From sequence record MZ475898.1: DNA of 64,000 nt; one strand, written 5' to 3'. The notes beneath the pieces are model-generated. The model was not told the origin of the DNA and made no database searches. It was given only the letters and a program-made list of their open reading frames with translations. A program made the translations under genes and the position numbers. Below are positions 43,609-52,807 of this stretch, in pieces; position 1 is the first letter of the stretch; each line of letters begins with the position of its first letter.

Positions 43609-44326
43609 CATTAAATTCGGTAGTCCATTGCCTGATATGGCGCAGAAGTTAGGCGAAGAAATCATCAAAGGCCGTATCGCAATCCCCAACACTCTGTGGG
43701 ATTTGCATATTCAGTCTAATGTGCAGCTTCGTCCTATGACTGAGTTGGATATGGCTCTGACAAATACACTGAACGGCTCATGGACTTACGTGCCCAAATA
43801 CTTGGGTCCAGCGCGAGCAATGCGTCAGGCATACAGCTTAGGCCGAACTGTGACAAGCGATGAGCCTCGTGCAGGCTATGAATTGCTGTTGAACCAAATG
43901 ACCCGTCAGGCGGAGCAGCAATTCTTCTACAAGCCGCTGGGTGTGTTGCGCGATCATCTGCTCATTGACGGTAAAATCCGTATGCCTAAACGCTGGCATG
44001 TTGAGATTGGTCCGAAGTTTGCACTGACTGTTGCCTCTTCCTCGTTTGAGTTGTTCCTCAATCAGGTAGATCACCAGGAAATGCTGCGTACCGTGTATGA
44101 TATGCTATCGAGTGCGCTGGATAATAACGATCCCGCGAATGCATCACACGTGGTGTGCTCTGATAGTTCTCGCGGTCCTACGGATGTGCATGTGCTGAAC
44201 ACGCAAGCAACTCCACCAGCAGGTTCTGTCAATATGACCAATATTTTCAGATTCCTGCTGCATCCAATCGGTCATGATCTGACGCAAGACAGACTTCAGG
44301 ACTATTTGGAATCTGTAAATAACTGA
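43589..44326 (+). CDS. hypothetical protein (245 aa)
   Basis: ORF in operon. Confidence 0.6.
   Translation: MTSNLSDIKFGSPLPDMAQKLGEEIIKGRIAIPNTLWDLHIQSNVQLRPMTELDMALTNTLNGSWTYVPKYLGPARAMRQAYSLGRTVTSDEPRAGYELLLNQMTRQAEQQFFYKPLGVLRDHLLIDGKIRMPKRWHVEIGPKFALTVASSSFELFLNQVDHQEMLRTVYDMLSSALDNNDPANASHVVCSDSSRGPTDVHVLNTQATPPAGSVNMTNIFRFLLHPIGHDLTQDRLQDYLESVNN
44311..44320 (+). promoter_or_regulatory. ATCTGTAAAT motif
   Basis: Exact copy, 52 nt upstream of ATG 44372. Confidence 0.5.
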
Positions 44327-44371
44327 TGTAAGCAAGCGCCACTCTTTTAATCTAATGTTAAGGAATAAGTA

Positions 44372-45037
44372 ATGTCTGAGAAAACTAGCGGTATCGCTAA
44401 AGCACCTAAATCTCGCAACGGTGCAATGATCTCCCAAACGTATGCAGGCGCAGAAGTTGGTTCTGCCCGTGCTCCAGGTATCAGCACTGCTGGCTCTATC
44501 GTCAATCGCATCAACAATCTGTCCAATGAAGCGTATTCTTTACGCGACACTCTGCGTCAGATTGGTGTTATCGTAGAAGTGCCCGCTAAAGGTTCTGCGG
44601 GTGAAGCTAAAGCTGCCGCGCCTTCTATGCTGCTGGACGTTATCAAAACCGAACTGGGCGACGTTGTGCGTTTCACACAGAATGTGGTGAACGAAGCCGT
44701 CCATGGTGCTGATTGCGGTCACGAAGACAAAGACTGCGGTGAGGAAGAAGATAAAGAGAACGAAGGCTCTATCCTCTCTACCGAATATGGCCGCACTATC
44801 TTCTACGCCGTTGGTCGCACTACTGATCGTCTGAGCGATATTCGTCGTCAGGTGGAAACAATCGACCGCACGTTCTTTGGCGATAAGCCGAATGACAACG
44901 TTAGCCGTGTGCAGAACAGCTCCGAATCTGTTGTTGCTTCGGTTAGCGTCCTGATCGACAACCTCGATGACACCATCGTCGCTATCCAGCGTCTGAACGG
45001 TGATCTGCGTGCTAACATTCTGGGTGAGAACGTTTAA
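44372..45037 (+). CDS. helical hypothetical protein (221 aa)
   Basis: AAGGA RBS; highly expressed-type codon usage. Confidence 0.7.
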   Translation: MSEKTSGIAKAPKSRNGAMISQTYAGAEVGSARAPGISTAGSIVNRINNLSNEAYSLRDTLRQIGVIVEVPAKGSAGEAKAAAPSMLLDVIKTELGDVVRFTQNVVNEAVHGADCGHEDKDCGEEEDKENEGSILSTEYGRTIFYAVGRTTDRLSDIRRQVETIDRTFFGDKPNDNVSRVQNSSESVVASVSVLIDNLDDTIVAIQRLNGDLRANILGENV

Positions 45038-45039
45038 TT

Positions 45040-45957
45040 ATGATTGATTGGTCACAAGTAAACGTGAAGTGGGAAGAGGGCACTAACGGTGTTCACGTTC
45101 CCTATGTACTTGAGCGCGGCCCGAAAGGTCGTTTCGTAAAACGCTACCTGACTGACGCTGAGCAGAACGAATACAAACGTTCGCATCATAGTGCAAGCGT
45201 ATCAGCCTCATCTGATCCAGTTAATCTGAGCGCAGGTGAGGCTGGTCCTGTGGGTCCTGGTCCTTGTCCGCAGGGTCCTGCTAATGCATACGACCCAGCC
45301 CCTGAGCCTCTGTACGAAAGCGATGTTGATCTGGGTGCTGCTACACGTCTGGCACGGCGTAGCACAACGCTGTTGCTGTCTGTGCAACGTCTATCTGCTG
45401 CGCTGTATGACTTCGGTCTGATCTACGATAACTCGTTTGCAGAGATTATCAACCGCGCTAAATCGCTTAACCAAAATCAGGAAGCGGACTCAAGTTCGCC
45501 TACTCAGGCTGATTACAACGACACTGATTCTAACTTCCTGCGTCTGGCTGGCTTGTTAAATCACTCGTGGTATATGGATCGCGGCGCTTCTCCTGCGCGT
45601 GTTATCGGTAACTATGCTGCACCAACTCTGGTGACGTTGCAGTATCTGCTGGGTCTGGCGCTGCCTGATTCTGATTGCTGCATCCGTGCTTCTCACGACG
45701 AGCTGATGTTCCGCACCGATGCACAGCAAGTGCCTGCGCTGGCTAACGATCTGCTGAACGAATACAACCACATTCAGTCATGCATCACTGCGCTGTGTCA
45801 GAACCTGGCGGGCCATGATATTCCACAGTCTGGCGGCGACATGCAGTACCCACAGAATGCGTCTATCATCGAATACGTCAGCGGCGTTGATGATCTGATT
45901 AGCTATCTGGTTGAACGTGTTGATGCCCTGTCTGAGATTATCGAAGGCACGATGTAA
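45040..45957 (+). CDS. helical hypothetical protein (305 aa)
   Basis: Long ORF ending at the strand switch. Confidence 0.7.
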   Translation: MIDWSQVNVKWEEGTNGVHVPYVLERGPKGRFVKRYLTDAEQNEYKRSHHSASVSASSDPVNLSAGEAGPVGPGPCPQGPANAYDPAPEPLYESDVDLGAATRLARRSTTLLLSVQRLSAALYDFGLIYDNSFAEIINRAKSLNQNQEADSSSPTQADYNDTDSNFLRLAGLLNHSWYMDRGASPARVIGNYAAPTLVTLQYLLGLALPDSDCCIRASHDELMFRTDAQQVPALANDLLNEYNHIQSCITALCQNLAGHDIPQSGGDMQYPQNASIIEYVSGVDDLISYLVERVDALSEIIEGTM

Positions 45958-45974
45958 CAACAGTTTGGACAAAT

Positions 45975-46012
45975 AAAAAGGGCGACTCTCAATCACGAGG
46001 GCCGCCCTTTTT
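45975..46012. terminator. bidirectional terminator between convergent gene blocks
   Basis: AAAAAGGGCG...CGCCCTTTTT. Confidence 0.8.
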
Positions 46013-46015
46013 CGA

Positions 46016-46483
46016 TCACAACGCCAATCCAATCCCTATCGCTGCAACAATACGCGTAAACCAAATCTGCATGTTGGCCGACTTCTGGTCTTCTATACGC
46101 GCCTTCCTTTCTGCTGCTAAGTCTTCGGAATAACCGTTAGCACGCACCTCTTCGGCTTGTGCAAGTCTCAGCAACTTGTTGCGCTCATCAATCGTCAGGT
46201 TAAGAGTCTCAAGCAGCTTGTTACGCTCCTCAGTTCTGTCCTTACCTGCCTTGTACAGATTTATTAGATCAACCATCCCTTTCTTGTCCAGAGTTGCCAG
46301 CTTCTGATCGTCAACTTGCTTGAGCACAATCTGAGGCTTGGCAGGGACCTTTTCTGATTCCCACTGGACTTTGTTGATCTGCTGAACATCCTGCATGGTA
46401 GTCTTTTTCTGAGCATCAATGTTACTCAGATTGGACGAACATCCGCACAGAATAAGGCACAACAGCACAATGATAGTTTTCAT
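46016..46483 (-). CDS. spanin-like lipoprotein with additional C-terminal TM helix
   Basis: Signal MKTIIVLLCLILCG|CSS, coiled-coil body, C-terminus IWFTRIVAAIGIGLAL. Confidence 0.65.
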   Translation of the reverse strand: MKTIIVLLCLILCGCSSNLSNIDAQKKTTMQDVQQINKVQWESEKVPAKPQIVLKQVDDQKLATLDKKGMVDLINLYKAGKDRTEERNKLLETLNLTIDERNKLLRLAQAEEVRANGYSEDLAAERKARIEDQKSANMQIWFTRIVAAIGIGLAL

Positions 46484-46785
46484 AGCTTGTTGTATTTCTC
46501 CGCCAGATCATCCATAGAATCGTTTTCAGATGCGGGCTTAGGGTCAGTCTCAGGCTTCCGTTCGTTCAAGCCTGCCACAGCATCGTTGACAGTCTTGCTG
46601 TCTTGGACCTGATTGGCGATAGCTTGTTCTCGCGTATTCTCTGCGGCTTTCTCTTCACCTGACGTGATTGATTCACTCGCTTTCGGACGACGAAAGAAAA
46701 GTGCGGCAACAATCAACACGACTACTGAGGCGAAAATCTTCCAGTACTTCTTAAAAATTTCAATAGCCTTCGACATACCAATCAC
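46480..46785 (-). CDS. i-spanin-like protein
   Basis: Basic N-terminus, single TM (IFASVVVLIVAALFF), polar periplasmic tail; next to a lipoprotein. Confidence 0.55.
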   Translation of the reverse strand: MIGMSKAIEIFKKYWKIFASVVVLIVAALFFRRPKASESITSGEEKAAENTREQAIANQVQDSKTVNDAVAGLNERKPETDPKPASENDSMDDLAEKYNKL

Positions 46786-47106
46786 CTATTGGTTGTTATC
46801 GTTCTGATCAGTGTTCTGACCGTCAGCATCTTCTTTCTTCGACTTGGAGATTTGAGTGTTAATCAAGTTCTCTACCGTAAAAGCAAGAGAGAAATAGGTA
46901 AGATGATCTGTTTGGCCACTGCGAATCAAACTAATCATCATGCCTGTAGAGACGCATAGTGCCGCGATACTTGCGACAGGATTGAGCGTCCAGTACTCTT
47001 TCCATCCCAAGTGTTCGCGTCGCGTCTTAACGATATAGTTCATCAACACTCCGCCGATGTATGTGCAGGTGAAGGCGAAAATATCGGTATACGACAAATG
47101 CTCCAT
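46786..47106 (-). CDS. putative holin
   Basis: 2-3 hydrophobic segments, charged C-tail, upstream of spanin-like genes. Confidence 0.5.
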   Translation of the reverse strand: MEHLSYTDIFAFTCTYIGGVLMNYIVKTRREHLGWKEYWTLNPVASIAALCVSTGMMISLIRSGQTDHLTYFSLAFTVENLINTQISKSKKEDADGQNTDQNDNNQ

Positions 47107-47127
47107 TGATCAATACTCCGTATCGAC

Positions 47128-47155
47128 AAAAGAAAAGGGAAGCCGAAGCCTCCCT
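47128..47155 (-). terminator. intrinsic terminator with UUCG loop
   Basis: On - strand AGGGAGGC-TTCG-GCTTCCCT-TTTCTTTT. Confidence 0.8.
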
Positions 47156-47161
47156 CATGTA

Positions 47162-47401
47162 TCACAGCTGATCAGCGGTAATCTGACCTGCTTGATATAG
47201 TTCACGTTTGCGTTCTTTCCATGTAGATGATACTTCTGAGAAGAACTCTTTCAGACGGTCGTCATCTAGCTCGAACGGCTGATCAACGCCATACTTGGTG
47301 CATAAGGCATTGAACGTGGATTGGTACTCAGATTGCAGTAAGGACTTACCAGCACTAACTGACGTATATTCCTTAGCTGCCAAAGCAACTCGAATTTGCA
47401 T
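47162..47401 (-). CDS. small putative virion protein (79 aa)
   Basis: GAGGAG RBS; own TAATTT motif. Confidence 0.6.
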   Translation of the reverse strand: MQIRVALAAKEYTSVSAGKSLLQSEYQSTFNALCTKYGVDQPFELDDDRLKEFFSEVSSTWKERKRELYQAGQITADQL

Positions 47402-47409
47402 AACAGGCT

Positions 47410-47458
47410 CCTCGTATTAGACTCTAGTAAATTAGCTTACTTGAAAGTAATAACGAGG
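47410..47458 (-). promoter_or_regulatory. RBS-sequestering hairpin with TAATTT in the loop
   Basis: mRNA CCUCGU(U)AUUA pairs with UAAUACGAGG; TAATTT at 47434-47429. Confidence 0.6.
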
Positions 47459-48042
47459 TCGTTGATTACTGTGGCTTTCGACTGATCATTGCCTGTTGTA
47501 GCGTTGGCATAGACCTTACCACCAGCAATGCGTAGTTCTGCACTGCTGTTCTCGTTACCCACTGAACCCACTGCAAGGAAGTCACAGTAGTATGAAGAGG
47601 TAGGCAGACCTGTTGTCAGATTCAGTGCTAACCCACCTCCAGCAACAAGAGCAAACCACGTAGGCGTTGCGTCCTTCGTGATATAGCTGTTGCGGGTATC
47701 GGTGTTAGCAGCAACCAGTTTGGTGTTCATGGCAGCACCGAGAGTAATCGGTACGTTACTTGCCATAAGCGTTATGCTAGGCTTTAAGCCGGCAACGCCA
47801 CCAACGTAGTCTGCATTGCGTGCAGTCAGGAACGAAGTCAGGTTCTGATAACATGCGTTCGAGCCTGCGTGCTGCGTAGCGCCGTTCAGGAAAGCATTCA
47901 TCTCAGCTTTAGTTGGCTGAGTACCTGTGAACAGCAACACTGCCACGTTCATTGAAGCATACGCGGTAGGCACAGAGCCAGACACATATGTTGAGATAGC
48001 GTTGCGCTGCATTGCGTTTGCTGTAGCTGGTAACATTCTCAT
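47437..48042 (-). CDS. virion fibre paralog, short type A (201 aa)
   Basis: LLFTGTQPT...ATPTWF...VGSVGNENSSAELRIAGG. Confidence 0.75.
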   Translation of the reverse strand: MRMLPATANAMQRNAISTYVSGSVPTAYASMNVAVLLFTGTQPTKAEMNAFLNGATQHAGSNACYQNLTSFLTARNADYVGGVAGLKPSITLMASNVPITLGAAMNTKLVAANTDTRNSYITKDATPTWFALVAGGGLALNLTTGLPTSSYYCDFLAVGSVGNENSSAELRIAGGKVYANATTGNDQSKATVINDLVITFK

Positions 48043-48944
48043 TACACACTCTCCAGGAAGTTATCAGCGATGCGGAACGACAGGTCAGGCACGGCTTGCT
48101 GTGTGAACTTACCTATGTTAGGCACACCCAGCGTCATATCTGTAGGCACGTCAAGCACCAGACCGTAATAGTCGTCTGCAACGTTACCCAGATAGTTGTT
48201 CGCGCCAGAAGGCATAGCAAGCAGCAACGGAACCAACACAACGTGCGTGAGAGCAGCACTAACGTATTCACTGGACCGTTCTGCATATAGCGTGAATGAC
48301 TGATAGGCTGTGGTTGCTGTCTTGCATGTGATGCGAATACGACGAGTAGTAATGTCCAAACCATCATTCATGCCTTGAGCAAGCCCTGTGATTGACGTCC
48401 ACACGTTGTTGCTATCCAGATAGCTAATGTCAAACCAGCCACTGCTTGGAAGCTGTGCAGAGTTAATCATCATACCACGGATATGCAACGAGCGACCGTA
48501 ATCGTACTCAACCACATCACCTAACGCCCATGAAGGAGAAACAGGACTAGTGAAGTCGAATGCGGCAGAGAGCTGTGAGCACACTTGCTGTGGTGTATTG
48601 TTAGTACCGATAGCAGGCGTGAGACGCGAATACTCAGGGTAAGTAGCAAACGTATCAACAGATGCACCAGCAATGAACTGCGTGCGCTTCTGACCGTAGC
48701 CTCCAATAGGAAGCATTGAACGACCACGACTGAACTGACGCGTCAACAGGCCATTTGCTTCTGTGCCTTGAGACTGGAACTTATATTCCACAGCACAACG
48801 TGAGCTTGCAATCAAGTCCATGAGTGTGCGTGGAATGGATGCGCTACTACCGTTACGGAAGAAAGCAGCAAACCCGCTAGAGTTAGCGGCCGTGCCTACT
48901 GTCTGTAAGAACTGGTATAGCGCAACTTTTTCAGAGACTAACAT
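48042..48944 (-). CDS. virion fibre paralog, long type B with F5/8C-like insert (300 aa)
   Basis: VEYDYG...RRIRIT; TAATG coupling to type A gene. Confidence 0.7.
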   Translation of the reverse strand: MLVSEKVALYQFLQTVGTAANSSGFAAFFRNGSSASIPRTLMDLIASSRCAVEYKFQSQGTEANGLLTRQFSRGRSMLPIGGYGQKRTQFIAGASVDTFATYPEYSRLTPAIGTNNTPQQVCSQLSAAFDFTSPVSPSWALGDVVEYDYGRSLHIRGMMINSAQLPSSGWFDISYLDSNNVWTSITGLAQGMNDGLDITTRRIRITCKTATTAYQSFTLYAERSSEYVSAALTHVVLVPLLLAMPSGANNYLGNVADDYYGLVLDVPTDMTLGVPNIGKFTQQAVPDLSFRIADNFLESV

Positions 48945-48953
48945 CGTGCCTCC

Positions 48954-49484
48954 TTAGAGCTTGATGCGAATGTCAGATGGACGCACGGCAACGTTAGCAG
49001 TTACGGTACCGCCAACGATTTTAAGATCCGCTGTGGAGTTCTCATCGCCGACAGTTCCCCAGACCAACGCACTGCACGTAGTAGATGCAGACCAGTTTGC
49101 AAAAGCAGATCCCGCTGAGGCCGCTGCACACAGACGCATCATGAACCAAGTAGGAGTACCTGACGTGGCAATCGCAAAGTTGTTAGCCTGTGAACTGAGA
49201 GGGATAACAAGCGACAACGCATCTGGGTCGATAGTAGGTACGATAGACAGACACGCTAAGTCACCGAGAAAGTTTGACGCTGTAGCGAAAGGTGCAACCG
49301 CAGCAGCCGTCCACGTAGGCAGCTGACTGGAGCCCAACAGAGCAAGGACCTGATCGTCTGTAGGCATAGTTCCGTTGAACAGACCTACATGCAGCACGTT
49401 GTCCAACATAGTTGAGTTAGGAACAAAACGCAGCAGCAGGTTGACCAAACTCTGGTTACTATTAAAAGAAGCAGATACACGCAT
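48954..49484 (-). CDS. virion fibre paralog, type A (176 aa)
   Basis: VGLFNGTMPT...GTPTWF...GTVGDENSTADLKIVGG; start moved to 49484. Confidence 0.75.
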   Translation of the reverse strand: MRVSASFNSNQSLVNLLLRFVPNSTMLDNVLHVGLFNGTMPTDDQVLALLGSSQLPTWTAAAVAPFATASNFLGDLACLSIVPTIDPDALSLVIPLSSQANNFAIATSGTPTWFMMRLCAAASAGSAFANWSASTTCSALVWGTVGDENSTADLKIVGGTVTANVAVRPSDIRIKL

Positions 49485-50548
49485 TAGTAGTTCTCCAGAG
49501 TTACAGGACGCAGGTTGATAACAAGACTCGGGCACAGTTGCTCCTGTGCGGGAATCACAGTCGCGTCAGGCATAAGAATGTCGTTTGACGCAGAGACTTT
49601 CAGATCGTCTGTCACGCTAAGGCCAAAGTGGTTGAAGACGCGTCCGTAGTTATACCCAGACTGGTTCGACACCGCAGGGATAGCAGTGAATGACGTGGCA
49701 AAAGCAAACAAGCATCCCACCATGTGACCGATTTTACTCAGGGTACGCGGTGAAGTGCCTGAAACGTAGTCGCCATAGAAGTGCAGAGCAAACTGACCAA
49801 AGCCCGTAGACCACTGAGTCGCTACGTTAGCAGCTTTAGTGACTAAACGGAAACGACGGCCAGTAACAGTTGAAGGTAACTGGAAGTATTTCTCCGAGGC
49901 TGCGCTGGCGTTGAACAGGTTAGCTGTTACGCTAGTAACGTCAGTCCAGCTACTACCATTCTGCACCTGCAGGAAGACCATATACGGAGCAGATGAGACC
50001 AAGACGTTGTTGCTGCCTGTAGCGAACGTCAATGACGCCAGAGAGTTGATAGCAACATCAGCACCAAAATCGTACTCAGCAATCGTCCACGAACCATCTG
50101 TGTTCTGCACACGAGGTTGAGGCAGAGAAGCTGTAGCATTCGCAGGGAATGGAAGAAGGTTAGCTACGGTAGTTGACGCACAACGGTGAGCCAGAATAGT
50201 GAAAAAGATTTGATCTAACTGTAGAGCAACGTTGGTCAATGAGTTCTGCGACAGCACGTTCGCATAGTCTGCGCTGTACGTAGGCAGATTCACTTTAGGC
50301 AACACGCGTTTGCCACGATAGCCTTGCACAGTAGTCCACGCAGGCGCAGGAGATACCTGGTATGCCGTCACTGCGTTAGGAGTAGCTGTGAACTGACCGC
50401 CACTTGGCGCCGCTGTAAAAGAACGCGCAGACACCATGCTGTTCAGCACAGTTTGTAGATCATAGTTCAAGGGGTCAGGCATAGCCCCCTCAAGGAATGC
50501 GCCGTAGATTTGCTGCGTGGTACTCGAATTAAATGGAGCGAGTTTCAT
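49484..50548 (-). CDS. virion fibre paralog, type B (354 aa)
   Basis: AEYDFGADV, LPSTVTGRRFRLV, FALHFYGDY, VTDDL; start moved to 50548. Confidence 0.75.
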   Translation of the reverse strand: MKLAPFNSSTTQQIYGAFLEGAMPDPLNYDLQTVLNSMVSARSFTAAPSGGQFTATPNAVTAYQVSPAPAWTTVQGYRGKRVLPKVNLPTYSADYANVLSQNSLTNVALQLDQIFFTILAHRCASTTVANLLPFPANATASLPQPRVQNTDGSWTIAEYDFGADVAINSLASLTFATGSNNVLVSSAPYMVFLQVQNGSSWTDVTSVTANLFNASAASEKYFQLPSTVTGRRFRLVTKAANVATQWSTGFGQFALHFYGDYVSGTSPRTLSKIGHMVGCLFAFATSFTAIPAVSNQSGYNYGRVFNHFGLSVTDDLKVSASNDILMPDATVIPAQEQLCPSLVINLRPVTLENY

Positions 50549-50599
50549 ATTATGCCCTTGTGTTGAAGACACATCAAATTAATGAGTGCGGCACATATA
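50546..50599 (-). promoter_or_regulatory. start-codon-sequestering hairpin with TAATTT in the loop
   Basis: mRNA UAUAUGUGCC pairs with GGCAU(A)AUAUG; TAATTT at 50581-50576. Confidence 0.45.
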
Positions 50600-50614
50600 G
50601 CACCGCACGCAATC

Positions 50615-51145
50615 TTATACCTGGAACGACAGATCGAGGAAGCGATAAGCCTGACTGGTCTTAATCGTACCACCGATGAACTGGAGCTCCGCATCAGACC
50701 CTTCTGCACCGACCGTACCGATAAGTACAGGACCTGCAAGCAGCGTACCCGGGGAGGACGTTAGCATAAAGTTAGCCCACGAAGCCACAGCAGCCGCACC
50801 AGCAGCGGCAACGATACGCGCTACGAAGTAGGTAGGTGTACCATCAGCCACGCCAACAAGTGTACGACTACTACCCGCAAGAGGCAGAGAGATTGTACGA
50901 GATGAAGGGTTGACAGAAGGTGTAAGGTTATCAATGGCGATAGAGCCAAGGAAGTTAGCCTGACTCAAACCTAAACCTGTAATACCCAGCACGTTCCAGC
51001 CTGATGTAAGAGACAGAGCCATGAGATTTTTCATCTGAGGCTTAGTGCCTTTAAACAAACCAATATGCAACGTATTTGCCGCAATTGCGGTAGCGGGAAA
51101 CACTGAGTTCAGTTGAGCCAAAGAAAGGCCACGGTTACTAATCAT
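50615..51145 (-). CDS. virion fibre paralog, type A (176 aa)
   Basis: IGLFKGTKP...GTPTYF...GTVGAEGSDAELQFIGG. Confidence 0.75.
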   Translation of the reverse strand: MISNRGLSLAQLNSVFPATAIAANTLHIGLFKGTKPQMKNLMALSLTSGWNVLGITGLGLSQANFLGSIAIDNLTPSVNPSSRTISLPLAGSSRTLVGVADGTPTYFVARIVAAAGAAAVASWANFMLTSSPGTLLAGPVLIGTVGAEGSDAELQFIGGTIKTSQAYRFLDLSFQV

Positions 51146-52218
51146 ACGCCTCTCCCTACGATTGCGTCAGCACGAACTTTGAAAGCAGGCACAGGCACGT
51201 CCGTAAACTTATCCAGCGTGTAAGTTGCGTCACGCATGTAGATGTCCGAAGTCGCTGCTTTCGTCAGGTCATCTGTGATAGTCACGTGGAACATCGCGCA
51301 GTAACGGCCAAGCACTGTAGTAATAGCAGCAGGATAGTTGAAAGCCCACTCAGTGGTAGTAGTATAGCCCGCGGCAGGAATTACATGCAGCATAGTCATG
51401 TGCTTGTACTTGCCCAATGTACGTGGCTTGGTAATGGTATAGTTGCCAAAGAAATGCAAACCAAACGGATAGTGACCAACAGTAGACCACGGGAAGGTCG
51501 GGTTCTTGTTTACGAGGCGGAACTTCTGCGCTTTAACAGAAGAAGGCAACACGTAATGATTAGAACCGTAGTTAGTGGACACACGGGTAGCTGCGTATAC
51601 GTCTACTGCATCTATCCACTGCCCGTCAACTTGAGCCTGCAAAATAGTTTGCTGGGTATTCGTTATCATGTACGTGCTGTTGGTAGAACCACATGTTGTG
51701 CCGAGGATGCTCTTGAGTTCAATCTCTGCACCGAAGTCATATTCAGCACACAGCCACCAGCCTTCCGTAGTCGTGTTATAGATATTGCTCAACACACGGT
51801 TACCTGATGTAGAAAAGGCAACAATCGTATCAAAGTGATGTGCAATCATCGCAGCAGCTATAGCCTCGTTGTAATACTGAGCCTGAATAGAGAAACGCTG
51901 ATCGATAGGTGCGAAACGAATTTTAGGCACGATACGCTTAGCACCAGCAGGCACGGTAATAGCCGAGTTACGTGGAACGGTTTCGATCCAAGAAGGAACA
52001 AAGTTGTTACCGCTAAACGTTGTATTGCTAATGCTTGGCGTAAACTGAGAAGCGATCGGCGATCCAATACGGGCCATGTTAAACAGACGCATAGCAACAG
52101 CTTCATTGAATGCGCTGTGAATCCCTTTCTCACCATCGGCAGGTGCGTCAGTATCGTAGAGTAGACCAAAATACTGAGCGTTGCCTGACAGCAGAGGGTT
52201 GTACGGTAGAATCTCCAT
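51142..52218 (-). CDS. virion fibre paralog, type B (358 aa)
   Basis: AEYDFGAEI, LPSSVKAQKFRLV, FGLHFFGNY, ITDDL. Confidence 0.75.
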   Translation of the reverse strand: MEILPYNPLLSGNAQYFGLLYDTDAPADGEKGIHSAFNEAVAMRLFNMARIGSPIASQFTPSISNTTFSGNNFVPSWIETVPRNSAITVPAGAKRIVPKIRFAPIDQRFSIQAQYYNEAIAAAMIAHHFDTIVAFSTSGNRVLSNIYNTTTEGWWLCAEYDFGAEIELKSILGTTCGSTNSTYMITNTQQTILQAQVDGQWIDAVDVYAATRVSTNYGSNHYVLPSSVKAQKFRLVNKNPTFPWSTVGHYPFGLHFFGNYTITKPRTLGKYKHMTMLHVIPAAGYTTTTEWAFNYPAAITTVLGRYCAMFHVTITDDLTKAATSDIYMRDATYTLDKFTDVPVPAFKVRADAIVGRGV

Positions 52219-52225
52219 AATGTCC

Positions 52226-52807
52226 TCAGCTAAAAGTTATGTTATTGAGAACGATAGGACCGCTCAGTGTGTAAGTACCATCACCATTATCCGTGAGAGT
52301 CGCACCCATCTGAGTCAAGTCAGCAGGCGTAAGCTCAATAACGGAGGGTATCGCAGTTGTTGTACCGATGGAGGCAACGCCACTGAGGAACAAATACATG
52401 CGATTGAACGGTTGCGTGTATGTGATGCGACCCAAGTTCTGAATCAGAATATCCAACATACGAGTACCATCACCCTGATTGATGATACGCACGGCGTTAG
52501 AACTGGAATTCACGACTGCACTCATCGTACAGTTAACGCCAGCAGCAGTCAGCGCTGTGCTCAGAGCATTGATCGTGATGTTCGACGCATACAACGTATT
52601 CCAAATAGAGTCTGGAATGGTATCGCCCGTAGAGAAAAGAATAGCTGCTCCTACTTCGGTACTGTACGGAGCACCGCCGCCTTGCACAGCAACAGCGTTA
52701 TAGGGGGTCACTAGTGCTGGCACCCAAGGCGCATCCACTGGAGAACTTGAGTTGTTAGAACTCAGAGCATCACCACGCATGTTCATCATGGCTTTAGAAA
52801 TATACAT
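52226..52807 (-). CDS. putative virion protein (193 aa), divergent A-like
   Basis: AILFSTGDTIP; position in array. Confidence 0.6.
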   Translation of the reverse strand: MYISKAMMNMRGDALSSNNSSSPVDAPWVPALVTPYNAVAVQGGGAPYSTEVGAAILFSTGDTIPDSIWNTLYASNITINALSTALTAAGVNCTMSAVVNSSSNAVRIINQGDGTRMLDILIQNLGRITYTQPFNRMYLFLSGVASIGTTTAIPSVIELTPADLTQMGATLTDNGDGTYTLSGPIVLNNITFS

